NCBI RefSeq assembly: GCF_000315625.1
Contig: NW_005434636.1
Coordinates: 455,298 to 519,297, forward strand
Source of the DNA: Guillardia theta CCMP2712
Lineage: Eukaryota > Protista > Cryptophyta
DNA length: 64,000 bases
Direction: 5' to 3'
Below the pieces are notes generated by a model, which did not search any database, was not told the DNA's origin, and saw nothing but the letters and a program-made list of their open reading frames with translations. A program made the position numbers and the translations under genes. This document shows, in pieces, positions 22,544 through 34,809 of this stretch; within the stretch, counting starts at the first letter, position 1; every line of letters starts with the position of its first letter.

Positions 22544-23232
22544 AGTAATGATGTTTGTAACATTATGCAATCATAGCATGAAGGAGTCGGCTGAATGAAT
22601 AACGCAAACATTCTTCTCGCATAGAGGAGACAATGGAACGCTTGATTGCATCTCAGAGTTGTGCAGGATTCTTGAAAGCTTAATCTCAGAGAAAGCAGCA
22701 GCTGAAAACCATAAAAGCCGATCGACCCACGGACTAGGTTGCAATCTGGACACTGAAGTGAGGACTGGCAAGGCTATTACCATGAGCACGTCGCGATCCA
22801 GGATTGAACAAAGACGAATCTATCCCACCCTATCATGGCTGATTCTTGCATCAGGTAGGATGTACCTGTTAGCTGCATAATGATCGGCTTCCCGCCCCCC
22901 CCCCCCCCCCGCTCATGATGCTCAATTAGACGTTGAACGTGTGTCGTCACTGGTGCCTACCTGTCGTAGAAGGAACTCTTGCCCAGGATACACTGCATGG
23001 TAGTAGGAAGTAGGTATTCTGCTCCGACCTTGAGTGACACAAGGAGCAGCGGAGAGGACAACCCATCGGTCTTGAAATTTAGTTCATGACAGAAACGGTC
23101 CCTTCGAATCCTTCGGCAGTTTCAACAAGTGAATCAGATTCCTAGATTATGTATGTCTCAGATTCCGAGATCAAGTCCTAGATTAGCATATCATGTCTTT
23201 CGCATGCATTCTCACCATGGGCATCTATCAAT

Positions 23233-23332
23233 CCCCGGACGAAAAGCCCTTCATGGCGCCCTCCTCTTCTAGAAGGGTAGCCGAGGCGTCAACCTCAAGC
23301 TCTCTACCATCCAAGCCCTCTTCCACCTCCCA
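23233..23332 (+). pseudogene. Second ~100-bp RWP-RK exon 1 fragment with premature TAG
   Basis: Duplicate of 21644-21743. Confidence 0.85.
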
Positions 23333-23746
23333 GTGAACTTAGAGACATCTATCTTCTGCTTCTCTATCTTCTTCATCCTTACTTTACTCGTGACGTTGAC
23401 AATCTCTGTGTTGTGTATACAACAGAATCAGATTCCTAGATTGTGTATGTCTCAGATTCCGAGATCAAGTCCTAGATTAGCATATCATGTCTTTCGCATG
23501 CATGGGCATCTGTCAGTCTACATCTGTATCGATTCATTTGTAGCAATGTCAGGGTCTAAAGGGACACGAGTGCGTGCCCTACTCTACTTGGTAGAGCATT
23601 CTACTTGGTACCAAAGTTTTACTCATCCACCAAGGAGCAAGCTCACCCGGTCGCATCTCTACGCGTCCTCGTGACTGATTTTCTTGAGTTAAAACCGCCG
23701 TGTAAAACAACCTTCCCCCCACTTTCCTTACATCCCCGCCCCTGCC

Positions 23747-24191
23747 ATGCCCCCTGCCGTCCGCGTCTTCCCCAGACGAAAAGCCCTCCATGGCGCCCTC
23801 CTCTTCTACAAGGGTAGCCGAGGCGTCAACCTCAAGCTCTCTACCATCCAAGCCCTCTTCCACCTCCCGCAGACTAAGGCTGCCGCCTCCCTGGTACCGA
23901 TGCTGCCCTGTGTCTGACGAGGTAGCTCTGACTGGTCTACAGGGGCTGTCTCTGACGGCGTTCAAGAGCGCGCGCCGGCGGCTCGGCATCTCCCGATGGC
24001 CGTACGAGCGGAAGGCGTCTGGCGACAAGAAGATCGCTGCTGCACAGCGGAAGCCACGGCGGGGACGGGACTCGGGGAGGACGGGGACGGGAGGGAGACA
24101 AGACGAAGACGTAGAGGACGGGACGGGGCCGCTGGATCCAGAGTGGATCACATGGTACATGACGACGAGCGAGGACGGGGGGCTATCATGA
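23747..24191 (+). CDS. RWP-RK domain protein, copy 4 (WITWY variant)
   Basis: Same 445-bp cassette; carries the gatccagagtggatcaca variant. Confidence 0.9.
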
Positions 24192-25017
24192 GGAGGAGGA
24201 AGGCGGGGAAGGAGGAAGGGAAGGAGGATACGATGGTGTAGAGTAGTAATTGAGATGTTTGCAACATGCTTTCACTCACTCCTGTTTGGTCTCAAGCGAT
24301 CAGTTGCTTTGTTTTTTGTTACATTCTTTGCGCATGGTCAAGCTTCTAGTACAAAAGTCTTGCTGGCAAAGATGAGTGGAGCCTGTGGCGACTGGTAGAC
24401 CGAGGATCACGTCGCATCTTTGTCCTGATCGCTGTAGTCGCCCCTTCCCCCCCCTTGTCAGCAGGGATCGTAACCCTTCCCTTCATCACCCCTACCTCCC
24501 GCCCCGAATTCCACATCCAACGCACTACTCAGAGAGCTTGTGTCTGTTGGAAACGGTGAAGGGACCTCACGGAAAATATCTGTCAGCTGCCAGTTGCGAC
24601 TCGAGTGGTTACATGATTATCCGGAACCTTGCGACCTCGGGATCCAGTCGCAATTTCTCCTACCCCTCCATCCTAGTGCTGTGAGAGGGGATGGTGGAGG
24701 AGGTAAATTTCGGAATTCTCCGAAGGGAGTGGAAACAGGGGAGAGAGGAGGGTGGTGGGAGGTGGGGTACGAAAATCTTGTTACCCGTGACTTGCCTTTA
24801 CCTCTCAAAGAACCTACCCCTCCCCCCCCCCCCTCCCTGCACAGTGCGTGCCCTACTCTACTTGGATGTCTATCCCCTTGTAGTAGGGGTTTTGAGAAGT
24901 TTGCGTGGATTTCTGGGTAGGGGTGGTACCAAGAGACGAGACAAGACAGCTTCTGTACTCCCACTAGAACCTAGCACAGCAGTTGCTCCGCACTCCCTCG
25001 ACATCCCCGCCCCTGCC

Positions 25018-25462
25018 ATGCCCCCTGCCGTCCGCGTCTTCCCCAGACGAAAAGCCCTCCATGGCGCCCTCCTCTTCTACAAGGGTAGCCGAGGCGTCAA
25101 CCTCAAGCTCTCTACCATCCAAGCCCTCTTCCACCTCCCGCAGACTGAGGCTGCCGCCTCCCTGGTACCGATGCTGCCCTGTGTCTGACGAGGTAGCTCT
25201 GACTGGTCTACAGGGGCTGTCTCTGACGGCGTTCAAGAGCGCGCGCCGGCGGCTCGGCATCTCCCGATGGCCGTACGAGCGGAAGGCGTCTGGCGACAAG
25301 AAGATCGCTGCTGCACAGCGGAAGCCACGGCGGGGACGGGACTCGGGGAGGACGGGGACGGGAGGGAGACAAGACGAAGACGTAGAGGACGGGACGGGGC
25401 CGCTGGATCCGGAGTGGATCGCATGGTACATGACGACGAGCGAGGACGGGGGGCTATCATGA
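25018..25462 (+). CDS. RWP-RK domain protein, copy 5
   Basis: Same 445-bp cassette. Confidence 0.9.
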
Positions 25463-26416
25463 GGAGGAGGAAGGCGGGGAAGGAGGAAGGGAAGGAGGAT
25501 ACAATGGTGTAGAGTAGTAATGATGTTTGTAACATTATGCAATCATAGCATGAAGGAGTCGGCTGAATGAATAACGCAAACATTCTTCTCGCATAGAGGA
25601 GACAATGGAACGCTTGATTGCATCTCAGAGTTGTGCAGGATTCTTGAAAGCTTAATCTCAGAGAAAGCAGCAGCTGAAAACCATAAAAGCCGATCGACCC
25701 ACGGACTAGGTTGCAATCTGGACACTGAAGTGAGGACTGGCAAGGCTATTACCATGAGCACGTCGCGATCCAGGATTGAACAAAGACGAATCTATCCCAC
25801 CCTATCACGGCTGATTCTTGCATCAGGTAGGATGTACCTGTTGGCTGCATAATGATCGGCTTCCCCCACCCCCCGCTCTTGATGCTCAATTAGATGTTGA
25901 ACGCGTGTCGTCACTGGTGCCTACCTGTCGTAGAAGGAACTCTTGCCCAGGATACACTGCATGGTAGTAGGAAGTAGGTATTCTGCTCCGACCTTGAGTG
26001 ACACAAGGAGCAGCTGAGAGGACAACCCATTGGTCTTGAAATTTAGTTCATGACAGAAACGGTCCCTTCGAATCCTTCGGCAGTTTCAACAAGTGAATCA
26101 GATTCCTAGATTGTGTATGTCTCAGATTCCGAGATCAAGTCCTAGATTAGCATATCATGTCTTTCGCATGCATGGGCATCTGTCAGTCTACATCTGCATC
26201 GATTCATTTGTAGCAATGTCAGGGTCTAAAGGGACACGAGTGCGTGCCCTACTCTACTTGGTAGAGCATTCTACTTGGTACCAAAGTTTTACTCATCCAC
26301 CAAGGAGCAAGCTCACCCGGTCGCATCTCTACGCGTCCTCGTGACTGATTTTCTTCAGTTAAAACCGCCGTGTAAAACAACCTTCCCCCCACTTTCCTTA
26401 CATCCCCGCCCCTGCC

Positions 26417-26861
26417 ATGCCCCCTGCCGTCCGCGTCTTCCCCAGACGAAAAGCCCTCCATGGCGCCCTCCTCTTCTACAAGGGTAGCCGAGGCGTCAAC
26501 CTCAAGCTCTCTACCATCCAAGCCCTCTTCCACCTCCCGCAGACTGAGGCTGCCGCCTCCCTGGTACCGATGCTGCCCTGTGTCTGACGAGGTAGCTCTG
26601 ACTGGTCTACAGGGGCTGTCTCTGACGGCGTTCAAGAGCGCGCGCCGGCGGCTCGGCATCTCCCGATGGCCGTACGAGCGGAAGGCGTCTGGCGACAAGA
26701 AGATCGCTGCTGCACAGCGGAAGCCACGGCGGGGACGGGACTCGGGGAGGACGGGGACGGGAGGGAGACAAGACGAAGACGTAGAGGACGGGACGGGGCC
26801 GCTGGATCCGGAGTGGATCGCATGGTACATGACGACGAGCGAGGACGGGGGGCTATCATGA
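26417..26861 (+). CDS. RWP-RK domain protein, copy 6
   Basis: Same 445-bp cassette. Confidence 0.9.
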
Positions 26862-27815
26862 GGAGGAGGAAGGCGGGGAAGGAGGAAGGGAAGGAGGATA
26901 CAATGGTGTAGAGTAGTAATGATGTTTGTAACATTATGCAATCATAGCATGAAGGAGTCGGCTGAATGAATAACGCAAACATTCTTCTCGCATAGAGGAG
27001 ACAATGGAACGCTTGATTGCATCTCAGAGTTGTGCAGGATTCTTGAAAGCTTAATCTCAGAGAAAGCAGCAGCTGAAAACCATAAAAGCCGATCGACCCA
27101 CGGACTAGGTTGCAATCTGGACACTGAAGTGAGGACTGGCAAGGCTATTACCATGAGCACGTCGCGATCCAGGATTGAACAAAGACGAATCTATCCCACC
27201 CTATCACGGCTGATTCTTGCATCAGGTAGGATGTACCTGTTGGCTGCATAATGATCGGCTTCCCCCACCCCCCGCTCTTGATGCTCAATTAGATGTTGAA
27301 CGCGTGTCGTCACTGGTGCCTACCTGTCGTAGAAGGAACTCTTGCCCAGGATACACTGCATGGTAGTAGGAAGTAGGTATTCTGCTCCGACCTTGAGTGA
27401 CACAAGGAGCAGCTGAGAGGACAACCCATTGGTCTTGAAATTTAGTTCATGACAGAAACGGTCCCTTCGAATCCTTCGGCAGTTTCAACAAGTGAATCAG
27501 ATTCCTAGATTGTGTATGTCTCAGATTCCGAGATCAAGTCCTAGATTAGCATATCATGTCTTTCGCATGCATGGGCATCTGTCAGTCTACATCTGCATCG
27601 ATTCATTTGTAGCAATGTCAGGGTCTAAAGGGACACGAGTGCGTGCCCTACTCTACTTGGTAGAGCATTCTACTTGGTACCAAAGTTTTACTCATCCACC
27701 AAGGAGCAAGCTCACCCGGTCGCATCTCTACGCGTCCTCGTGACTGATTTTCTTCAGTTAAAACCGCCGTGTAAAACAACCTTCCCCCCACTTTCCTTAC
27801 ATCCCCGCCCCTGCC

Positions 27816-28260
27816 ATGCCCCCTGCCGTCCGCGTCTTCCCCAGACGAAAAGCCCTCCATGGCGCCCTCCTCTTCTACAAGGGTAGCCGAGGCGTCAACC
27901 TCAAGCTCTCTACCATCCAAGCCCTCTTCCACCTCCCGCAGACTGAGGCTGCCGCCTCCCTGGTACCGATGCTGCCCTGTGTCTGACGAGGTAGCTCTGA
28001 CTGGTCTACAGGGGCTGTCTCTGACGGCGTTCAAGAGCGCGCGCCGGCGGCTCGGCATCTCCCGATGGCCGTACGAGCGGAAGGCGTCTGGCGACAAGAA
28101 GATCGCTGCTGCACAGCGGAAGCCACGGCGGGGACGGGACTCGGGGAGGACGGGGACGGGAGGGAGACAAGACGAAGACGTAGAGGACGGGACGGGGCCG
28201 CTGGATCCAGAGTGGATCACATGGTACATGACGACGAGCGAGGACGGGGGGCTATCATGA
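27816..28260 (+). CDS. RWP-RK domain protein, copy 7 (WITWY variant)
   Basis: Same 445-bp cassette; shares exon-2 SNPs with copy 4. Confidence 0.9.
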
Positions 28261-28824
28261 GGAGGAGGAAGGCGGGGAAGGAGGAAGGGAAGGAGGATAC
28301 GATGGTGTAGAGTAGTAATTGAGATGTTTGCAACATGCTTTCACTCACTCCTGTTTGGTCTCAAGCGATCAGTTGCTTTGTTTTTTGTTACATTCTTTGC
28401 GCATGGTCAAGCTTCTAGTACAAAAGTCTTGCTGGCAAAGATGAGTGGAGCCTGTGGTGACTGGTAGACCGAGGATCACGTCGCATCTTTGTCCTGATCG
28501 CTGTAGTCGCCCCTTCCCCCCCCTTGTCAGCAGGGATCGTAACCCTTCCCTTCATCACCCCTACCTCCCGCCCCGAATTCCACATCCAACGCACTACTCA
28601 GAGAGCTTGTGTCTGTTGGAAACGGTGAAGGGAACTCACGGAAAATATCTGTCAGCTGCCAGTTGCGACTCGAGTGGTTACATGATTATCCGGAACCTTG
28701 CGACCTCGGGATCCAGTCGCAATTTCTCCTACCCCTCCATCCTAGTGCTGTGAGAGGGGATGGTGGAGGAGGTAAATTTCGGAATTCTCCGAAGGGAGTG
28801 GAAACAGGGGAGAGAGGAGGGTGG

Positions 28825-28924
28825 NNNNNNNNNNNNNNNNNNNNNNNNNNNNNNNNNNNNNNNNNNNNNNNNNNNNNNNNNNNNNNNNNNNNNNNNNNNN
28901 NNNNNNNNNNNNNNNNNNNNNNNN
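28825..28924. other. Assembly gap (100 N)
   Basis: Run of n inside the array. Confidence 1.
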
Positions 28925-29114
28925 CCCCCCCTCCCCTGCACACCGCACCCCCACCCCGTTCGATGTCTATCCCCTTGTAGTAGGGGTTTTGAGAAGTTTG
29001 CGTGGATTTCTGGGTAGGGGTGGTACCAAGAGACGAGACAAGACAGCTTCTGTACTCCCACTAGAACCTAGCACAGCAGTTGCTCCGCACTCCCTCGACA
29101 TCCCCGCCCCTGCC

Positions 29115-29559
29115 ATGCCCCCTGCCGTCCGCGTCTTCCCCAGACGAAAAGCCCTCCATGGCGCCCTCCTCTTCTACAAGGGTAGCCGAGGCGTCAACCT
29201 CAAGCTCTCTACCATCCAAGCCCTCTTCCACCTCCCGCAGACTGAGGCTGCCGCCTCCCTGGTACCGATGCTGCCCTGTGTCTGACGAGGTAGCTCTGAC
29301 TGGTCTACAGGGGCTGTCTCTGACGGCGTTCAAGAGCGCGCGCCGGCGGCTCGGCATCTCCCGATGGCCGTACGAGCGGAAGGCGTCTGGCGACAAGAAG
29401 ATCGCTGCTGCACAGCGGAAGCCACGGCGGGGACGGGACTCGGGGAGGACGGGGACGGGAGGGAGACAAGACGAAGACGTAGAGGACGGGACGGGGCCGC
29501 TGGATCCGGAGTGGATCGCATGGTACATGACGACGAGCGAGGACGGGGGGCTATCATGA
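29115..29559 (+). CDS. RWP-RK domain protein, copy 8
   Basis: Same 445-bp cassette. Confidence 0.88.
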
Positions 29560-30513
29560 GGAGGAGGAAGGCGGGGAAGGAGGAAGGGAAGGAGGATACA
29601 ATGGTGTAGAGTAGTAATGATGTTTGTAACATTATGCAATCATAGCATGAAGGAGTCGGCTGAATGAATAACGCAAACATTCTTCTCGCATAGAGGAGAC
29701 AATGGAACGCTTGATTGCATCTCAGAGTTGTGCAGGATTCTTGAAAGCTTAATCTCAGAGAAAGCAGCAGCTGAAAACCATAAAAGCCGATCGACCCACG
29801 GACTAGGTTGCAATCTGGACACTGAAGTGAGGACTGGCAAGGCTATTACCATGAGCACGTCGCGATCCAGGATTGAACAAAGACGAATCTATCCCACCCT
29901 ATCACGGCTGATTCTTGCATCAGGTAGGATGTACCTGTTGGCTGCATAATGATCGGCTTCCCCCACCCCCCGCTCTTGATGCTCAATTAGATGTTGAACG
30001 CGTGTCGTCACTGGTGCCTACCTGTCGTAGAAGGAACTCTTGCCCAGGATACACTGCATGGTAGTAGGAAGTAGGTATTCTGCTCCGACCTTGAGTGACA
30101 CAAGGAGCAGCTGAGAGGACAACCCATTGGTCTTGAAATTTAGTTCATGACAGAAACGGTCCCTTCGAATCCTTCGGCAGTTTCAACAAGTGAATCAGAT
30201 TCCTAGATTGTGTATGTCTCAGATTCCGAGATCAAGTCCTAGATTAGCATATCATGTCTTTCGCATGCATGGGCATCTGTCAGTCTACATCTGCATCGAT
30301 TCATTTGTAGCAATGTCAGGGTCTAAAGGGACACGAGTGCGTGCCCTACTCTACTTGGTAGAGCATTCTACTTGGTACCAAAGTTTTACTCATCCACCAA
30401 GGAGCAAGCTCACCCGGTCGCATCTCTACGCGTCCTCGTGACTGATTTTCTTCAGTTAAAACCGCCGTGTAAAACAACCTTCCCCCCACTTTCCTTACAT
30501 CCCCGCCCCTGCC

Positions 30514-30958
30514 ATGCCCCCTGCCGTCCGCGTCTTCCCCAGACGAAAAGCCCTCCATGGCGCCCTCCTCTTCTACAAGGGTAGCCGAGGCGTCAACCTC
30601 AAGCTCTCTACCATCCAAGCCCTCTTCCACCTCCCGCAGACTGAGGCTGCCGCCTCCCTGGTACCGATGCTGCCCTGTGTCTGACGAGGTAGCTCTGACT
30701 GGTCTACAGGGGCTGTCTCTGACGGCGTTCAAGAGCGCGCGCCGGCGGCTCGGCATCTCCCGATGGCCGTACGAGCGGAAGGCGTCTGGCGACAAGAAGA
30801 TCGCTGCTGCACAGCGGAAGCCACGGCGGGGACGGGACTCGGGGAGGACGGGGACGGGAGGGAGACAAGACGAAGACGTAGAGGACGGGACGGGGCCGCT
30901 GGATCCGGAGTGGATCGCATGGTACATGACGACGAGCGAGGACGGGGGGCTATCATGA
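30514..30958 (+). CDS. RWP-RK domain protein, copy 9
   Basis: Same 445-bp cassette. Confidence 0.88.
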
Positions 30959-31149
30959 GGAGGAGGAAGGCGGGGAAGGAGGAAGGGAAGGAGGATACAA
31001 TGGTGTAGAGTAGTAATGCGAGCTGATACATGGAATAGATCAGGAGTAAGCTGCACAAGAAAATTACAAAGAAATTGTATCGAGTGCATATCAACAATTT
31101 ACTGAAAGGAATTTCTATAAGCGTGTCTGTGAAGACTGAGATCGGCAGT

Positions 31150-31500
31150 TTCAGCATGTCTAGCGTGGGACGCGGACGCCGCGGCTGTGACAGTGCTGAC
31201 CGCTGAGACGATCCGGGAGACGAGTCACCGGTTACCGAGACTGCGATTGCCGGGACTGCGGCTTGGACTTCCTGGCCTGTCATATCAGCGGCACTGCGCG
31301 CAGCTTTGGTGATGATGGAACATTGCGATTGTCCACACCTTCCTGTCTGCTCAAAATCCTCCGTGCTACCCGCACAGATTGCATGGAAAGCACGTTTACA
31401 CTGGCTACACTCTTCTAGAGGACACACTCAAAGGTGCCCAGGAAGTACCTTGCATCCCTCAGCAAACAAGCGCACATTACTTGTCACCGCAGCTGTAGCG
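31150..31500 (-). pseudogene. PHD-like zinc-finger relic
   Basis: CSQCKRAFHAICAG..RCGQSQC (C-x2-C-x4-H-x2-C..C-x4-C), preceded by an in-frame TGA at 31428-30. Confidence 0.35.
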
Positions 31501-32138
31501 GAAATAGCCAGGATGATTTTAGAGAGATAGGTTGAGGCGGAGGGGTAGTTGTACTGTTGATAAATGATAAGTAACTTTAGAGCATTGACCTTTGCTGGGA
31601 TCAGTGGCAGCATATTTCTCCTATCCAAATTTCTTAATCATTTATCAATGCCCCTGAATCTCAAATATCTGAGGCAGGCCCATGCTTTTGCCCCGTAACG
31701 CGCCAGCCTGTCAAATTTGGAACCGACTTATCATCGCTACTACCCCCAATATCACTCCTAACATCGGGGGTAGTGCTCGTGGTGGTAGGATTCGAAATTC
31801 ATGCTCTGAATATGTTTTATGATTCCTGTTCTCCGCTCTTTCGCTGCTCCCTCCTTTCCCCCATCTTTCTTTTTCTCTCTTCCCCACTCTGTGTCTACCT
31901 TCTCTTCCCTCCTTCCCTCCTTCCCTCGGTCCTGATCTCAACATTTCTACACTCCTCCACTGCGCTTCAATTCTCTTGAAGTTTACTGTTCACCTTTCCT
32001 ATATTGATCTTGGCGTCCTACCATGAATCTTTTGAAGCATAGATCGAAGCATCTCATTCGAGTTTGTAAGATTTGTGATACGGGCTGATTCAGGTTGTTG
32101 TTCATCGGCCAACCTGCACTGTCAGGCTGTAGCGAATC

Positions 32139-34469
32139 ATGCAGAAACCGTTACAAATTCCTGAGGAGTCCCTGGGCAAGGTGAGAAACATAAAGCAACC
32201 CTGAGACTATCAGGAGTTAAATTACACTCATTTGCAGCTTGTTCCTCACTATGGCATGATCTTCTTTGGAGTCTTTCAGTTCTGCGTATACCTGGTAGGG
32301 ATCATGGTATTATAATTTTCATGATCGAGTTTTTTCAGACGAATATCATCATAGAAGCGTGCGATCCCGATGGAACATATTGGTTGCCGTGGGCTATAGT
32401 CATCGCCTGTGTGGAAATCATATTCTCAATAGGTCATTCATCTTTACGAATGTTTACATTCATCCGAATCCCATCAGCCAAAACAATCTCTTTAGCTCTA
32501 ACTCATGATTTCCCAGGAATCATTGGATCAGCATACATCCGCAACTTTGTCCTCTTCTTCATTTTTGCCCTTCTGTGGTCCCTCGCCATCGTTGCTGCTG
32601 TCCTTATTTCAATAGCGTTCAGACCTGATTGCCAGCAAAATCACTACCAAGCAATCTTAGAGGTAAAATCTCTCCGTCAAGGTTGTACTTGATGATGATC
32701 CTTGCAAGGTTGGCCTTCTCATCCTTGTCGGATGCTCCTCTCCATGGATTCTTGCGTACGAGGCTATCACCATGGTCAGAGATCGCAACAGACAGTGAGC
32801 CAACTTGTGTCACGGGTGTGGCGGAGCTGACAAGATCTAGCATCTTCGTGCTGGAACAAGATATGCAAAGGGTCAAGGCAGACAACGTTCTCCAAAGCTA
32901 CGCCAACATGAGTTATCCTATCGAGCCCGTCACCAACGAGTTCGAAGTCGGTCCACCTGAGAGCTAGACTCTTGCTTGCAAAGACGGGAGGGGCTGAGGG
33001 CGCCTGAACAGGTTGTTCTTCATAGTCAGAGCAGACCAAGAAATCAAGACAGGTCCACGGGGGCCGCTATGGTCAACCAGCAAGACTGAAGCAGTAGTGC
33101 AGGAGGAAGTCGTGGGAAGGGCACATGACCGACATGCTGCTCAAGTCCGAGGTAAGAAATCTGAGTCTGCAAACCTTGGCTTCTCGACTCTGAGGTGTAT
33201 GATAACACAGAGCTTTCTGTCCATGGAACCGGCCCGGGTGAGGAAGAATCTCCCTTCTGTGACACCTGGTGACTAGTGAGTTCTCAGGTGTTGGAGTTTC
33301 TGTCCGATGACAACCTCCCAGCTGAGAACGAAGTCACGACGTTCGAGGCAGCCCTTACTTGGATGTCAGGTCATCCGTTGGCTCTCTCCTCTGACCCGCC
33401 TCACATCCCCATTCCCGTCCTCTCTGCCCCGCCTTCCTCTTTTCTGTCTTCGCACGTGCGGTGATTCTTGCTTTTGCAGCCGGAGACAGCTCTCGGCGGA
33501 GCCTTCTGGTCCCACTGATGGGGTTGCGTTGTTCCTCCTCCTTCAACCTCCTGCTGACGTCAACCCTTACATCATCGCAGCTGCGTCCGCTTCGGCCTCA
33601 TGGATCAGCAAGGTTTCGAGTACATCGCGCAGAGGTGAGATGCTTTGAGCTGGGCAGTCAGCTCATCGACACAACCAGCGCAAAGCTCGACTTCGAGCTC
33701 CAGCGCGACCCCACTGCGAAGTCCAGCTTAGCTGTTATGGTAGCTGAAGCTCTTTTAACCCGTCGATGAGGAAAGACGTGCAGGCCTGGACCGGTTTTAA
33801 GAACTTCGCACGCTACAGGCTGATGCGGTCGAGGAGCTCATGGATACCTCAGGTCCTGCTGCTTTCCCGTCCCTTCCTCTCCCCTTCCTCTTCCTCCTTT
33901 TCCTCTCGTTATTTCCCGTGCAGCAAGATCTTGTCGCCAGCAGGAATGCTCCTTCCTCTCGGTACATCTTACCATTCTTGCCTGTGATTGACTTTCACTT
34001 TGAAGCTCCATGATGCTCGAGGGCCCAACCTCCCTCCTCACCAGATCGACGCTTTCCCCCTTCACGGTCCCATTCTGCTTCCTTGAACCCCCTACTTTCC
34101 GCCCTCTCTAACTCCCCCAACCCTCTCCCTCCTTCCTCCTCCATCCCTCCTCTTCTTGAACTAATATTCATGGCCAGGATCCTCGTCAAGATCGCTCTAC
34201 TTCTCCCGGTCCTGCCACCTTCTGCCCTTCACTTCTCCTTCTCTCCCGTCTCATTTCCTTATGATCGCAGGCAAATCTCGCACGCCTCCGCCGCTTTCTC
34301 CTCGGGCTGGAACGCCACAGCAGGGAGGAGCCAGCTCCATCCTCAGGCATCCGGCCGACGCCAGCATGTCCTTCAGCGACCCCAACGCTCCTCGGGTGAT
34401 GACCCCGCGGCTGCTCAAGACAGGATGGGTGAGCTTGAGAGGACTCTGAGACGACGGGTTATGGCCTGA
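32139..34469 (+). CDS. Multi-exon protein with several N-terminal TM helices and a BACK-like segment (could be two genes)
   Basis: Hydrophobic exons at 32.2-32.8 kb. EFLSDDNLPAENEVTTFEAALTWM resembles the BTB-associated BACK motif L.SD.L.V..E..VFEA...W. Confidence 0.5.
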
Positions 34470-34809
34470 CGACCAGCAGCAGCAGGAGGAGAACGGAAGT
34501 TTTCGGCCCATCGCGTCTCCCTGGGGTGAGGGTTCTGAGGTCTACCGGTGTGCAAGTGATGAAGAATCAGGAGGATACGAGTATGGCCAAGGGCCAGCAC
34601 TGGCCTGAAGGAGGAGGGGATAAGCAGAGCCAAGGTTACCCGGAGATAGGTGAAACTCCGAAGCAACGAGGAGAAAGAAAGAGCATGAAGAGAGGAAGGA
34701 GTCGAAGATGGAGGAGCGAGTAGACCAGCTCATATTCTTCCACCTTCTGTTTGATGATAACAACATTCAGCCAGCTCGGACTGTTACTCTCCTTCTCTCC
34801 TGGTCCTCT

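Larger units (their letters stand above)
18430..31018 (+). repeat. Head-to-tail tandem array of RWP-RK gene units
   Basis: ATG-to-ATG spacings are 1778, 1695, 1591, 1271, 1399, 1399, 1299 (spans the gap) and 1399 bp. Confidence 0.97.

Noticed and set aside
18683-31018. CRISPR-like or omegaRNA array interpretation of the repeat-spacer pattern near the Fanzor
   Set aside because: The repeat is a 445-bp spliced protein-coding RWP-RK gene, the spacers are ~1 kb and themselves repeated, and I see no similarity to the Fanzor 3' region.
18446-31089. Repeated 170-250 aa minus-strand ORFs (MYHAIHSGSS...) and unspliced plus-strand ORFs (MAPSSSTRV...)
   Set aside because: Shadow or partial frames of the GC-rich RWP-RK cassette. 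Only the spliced plus-strand reading gives a coherent domain.
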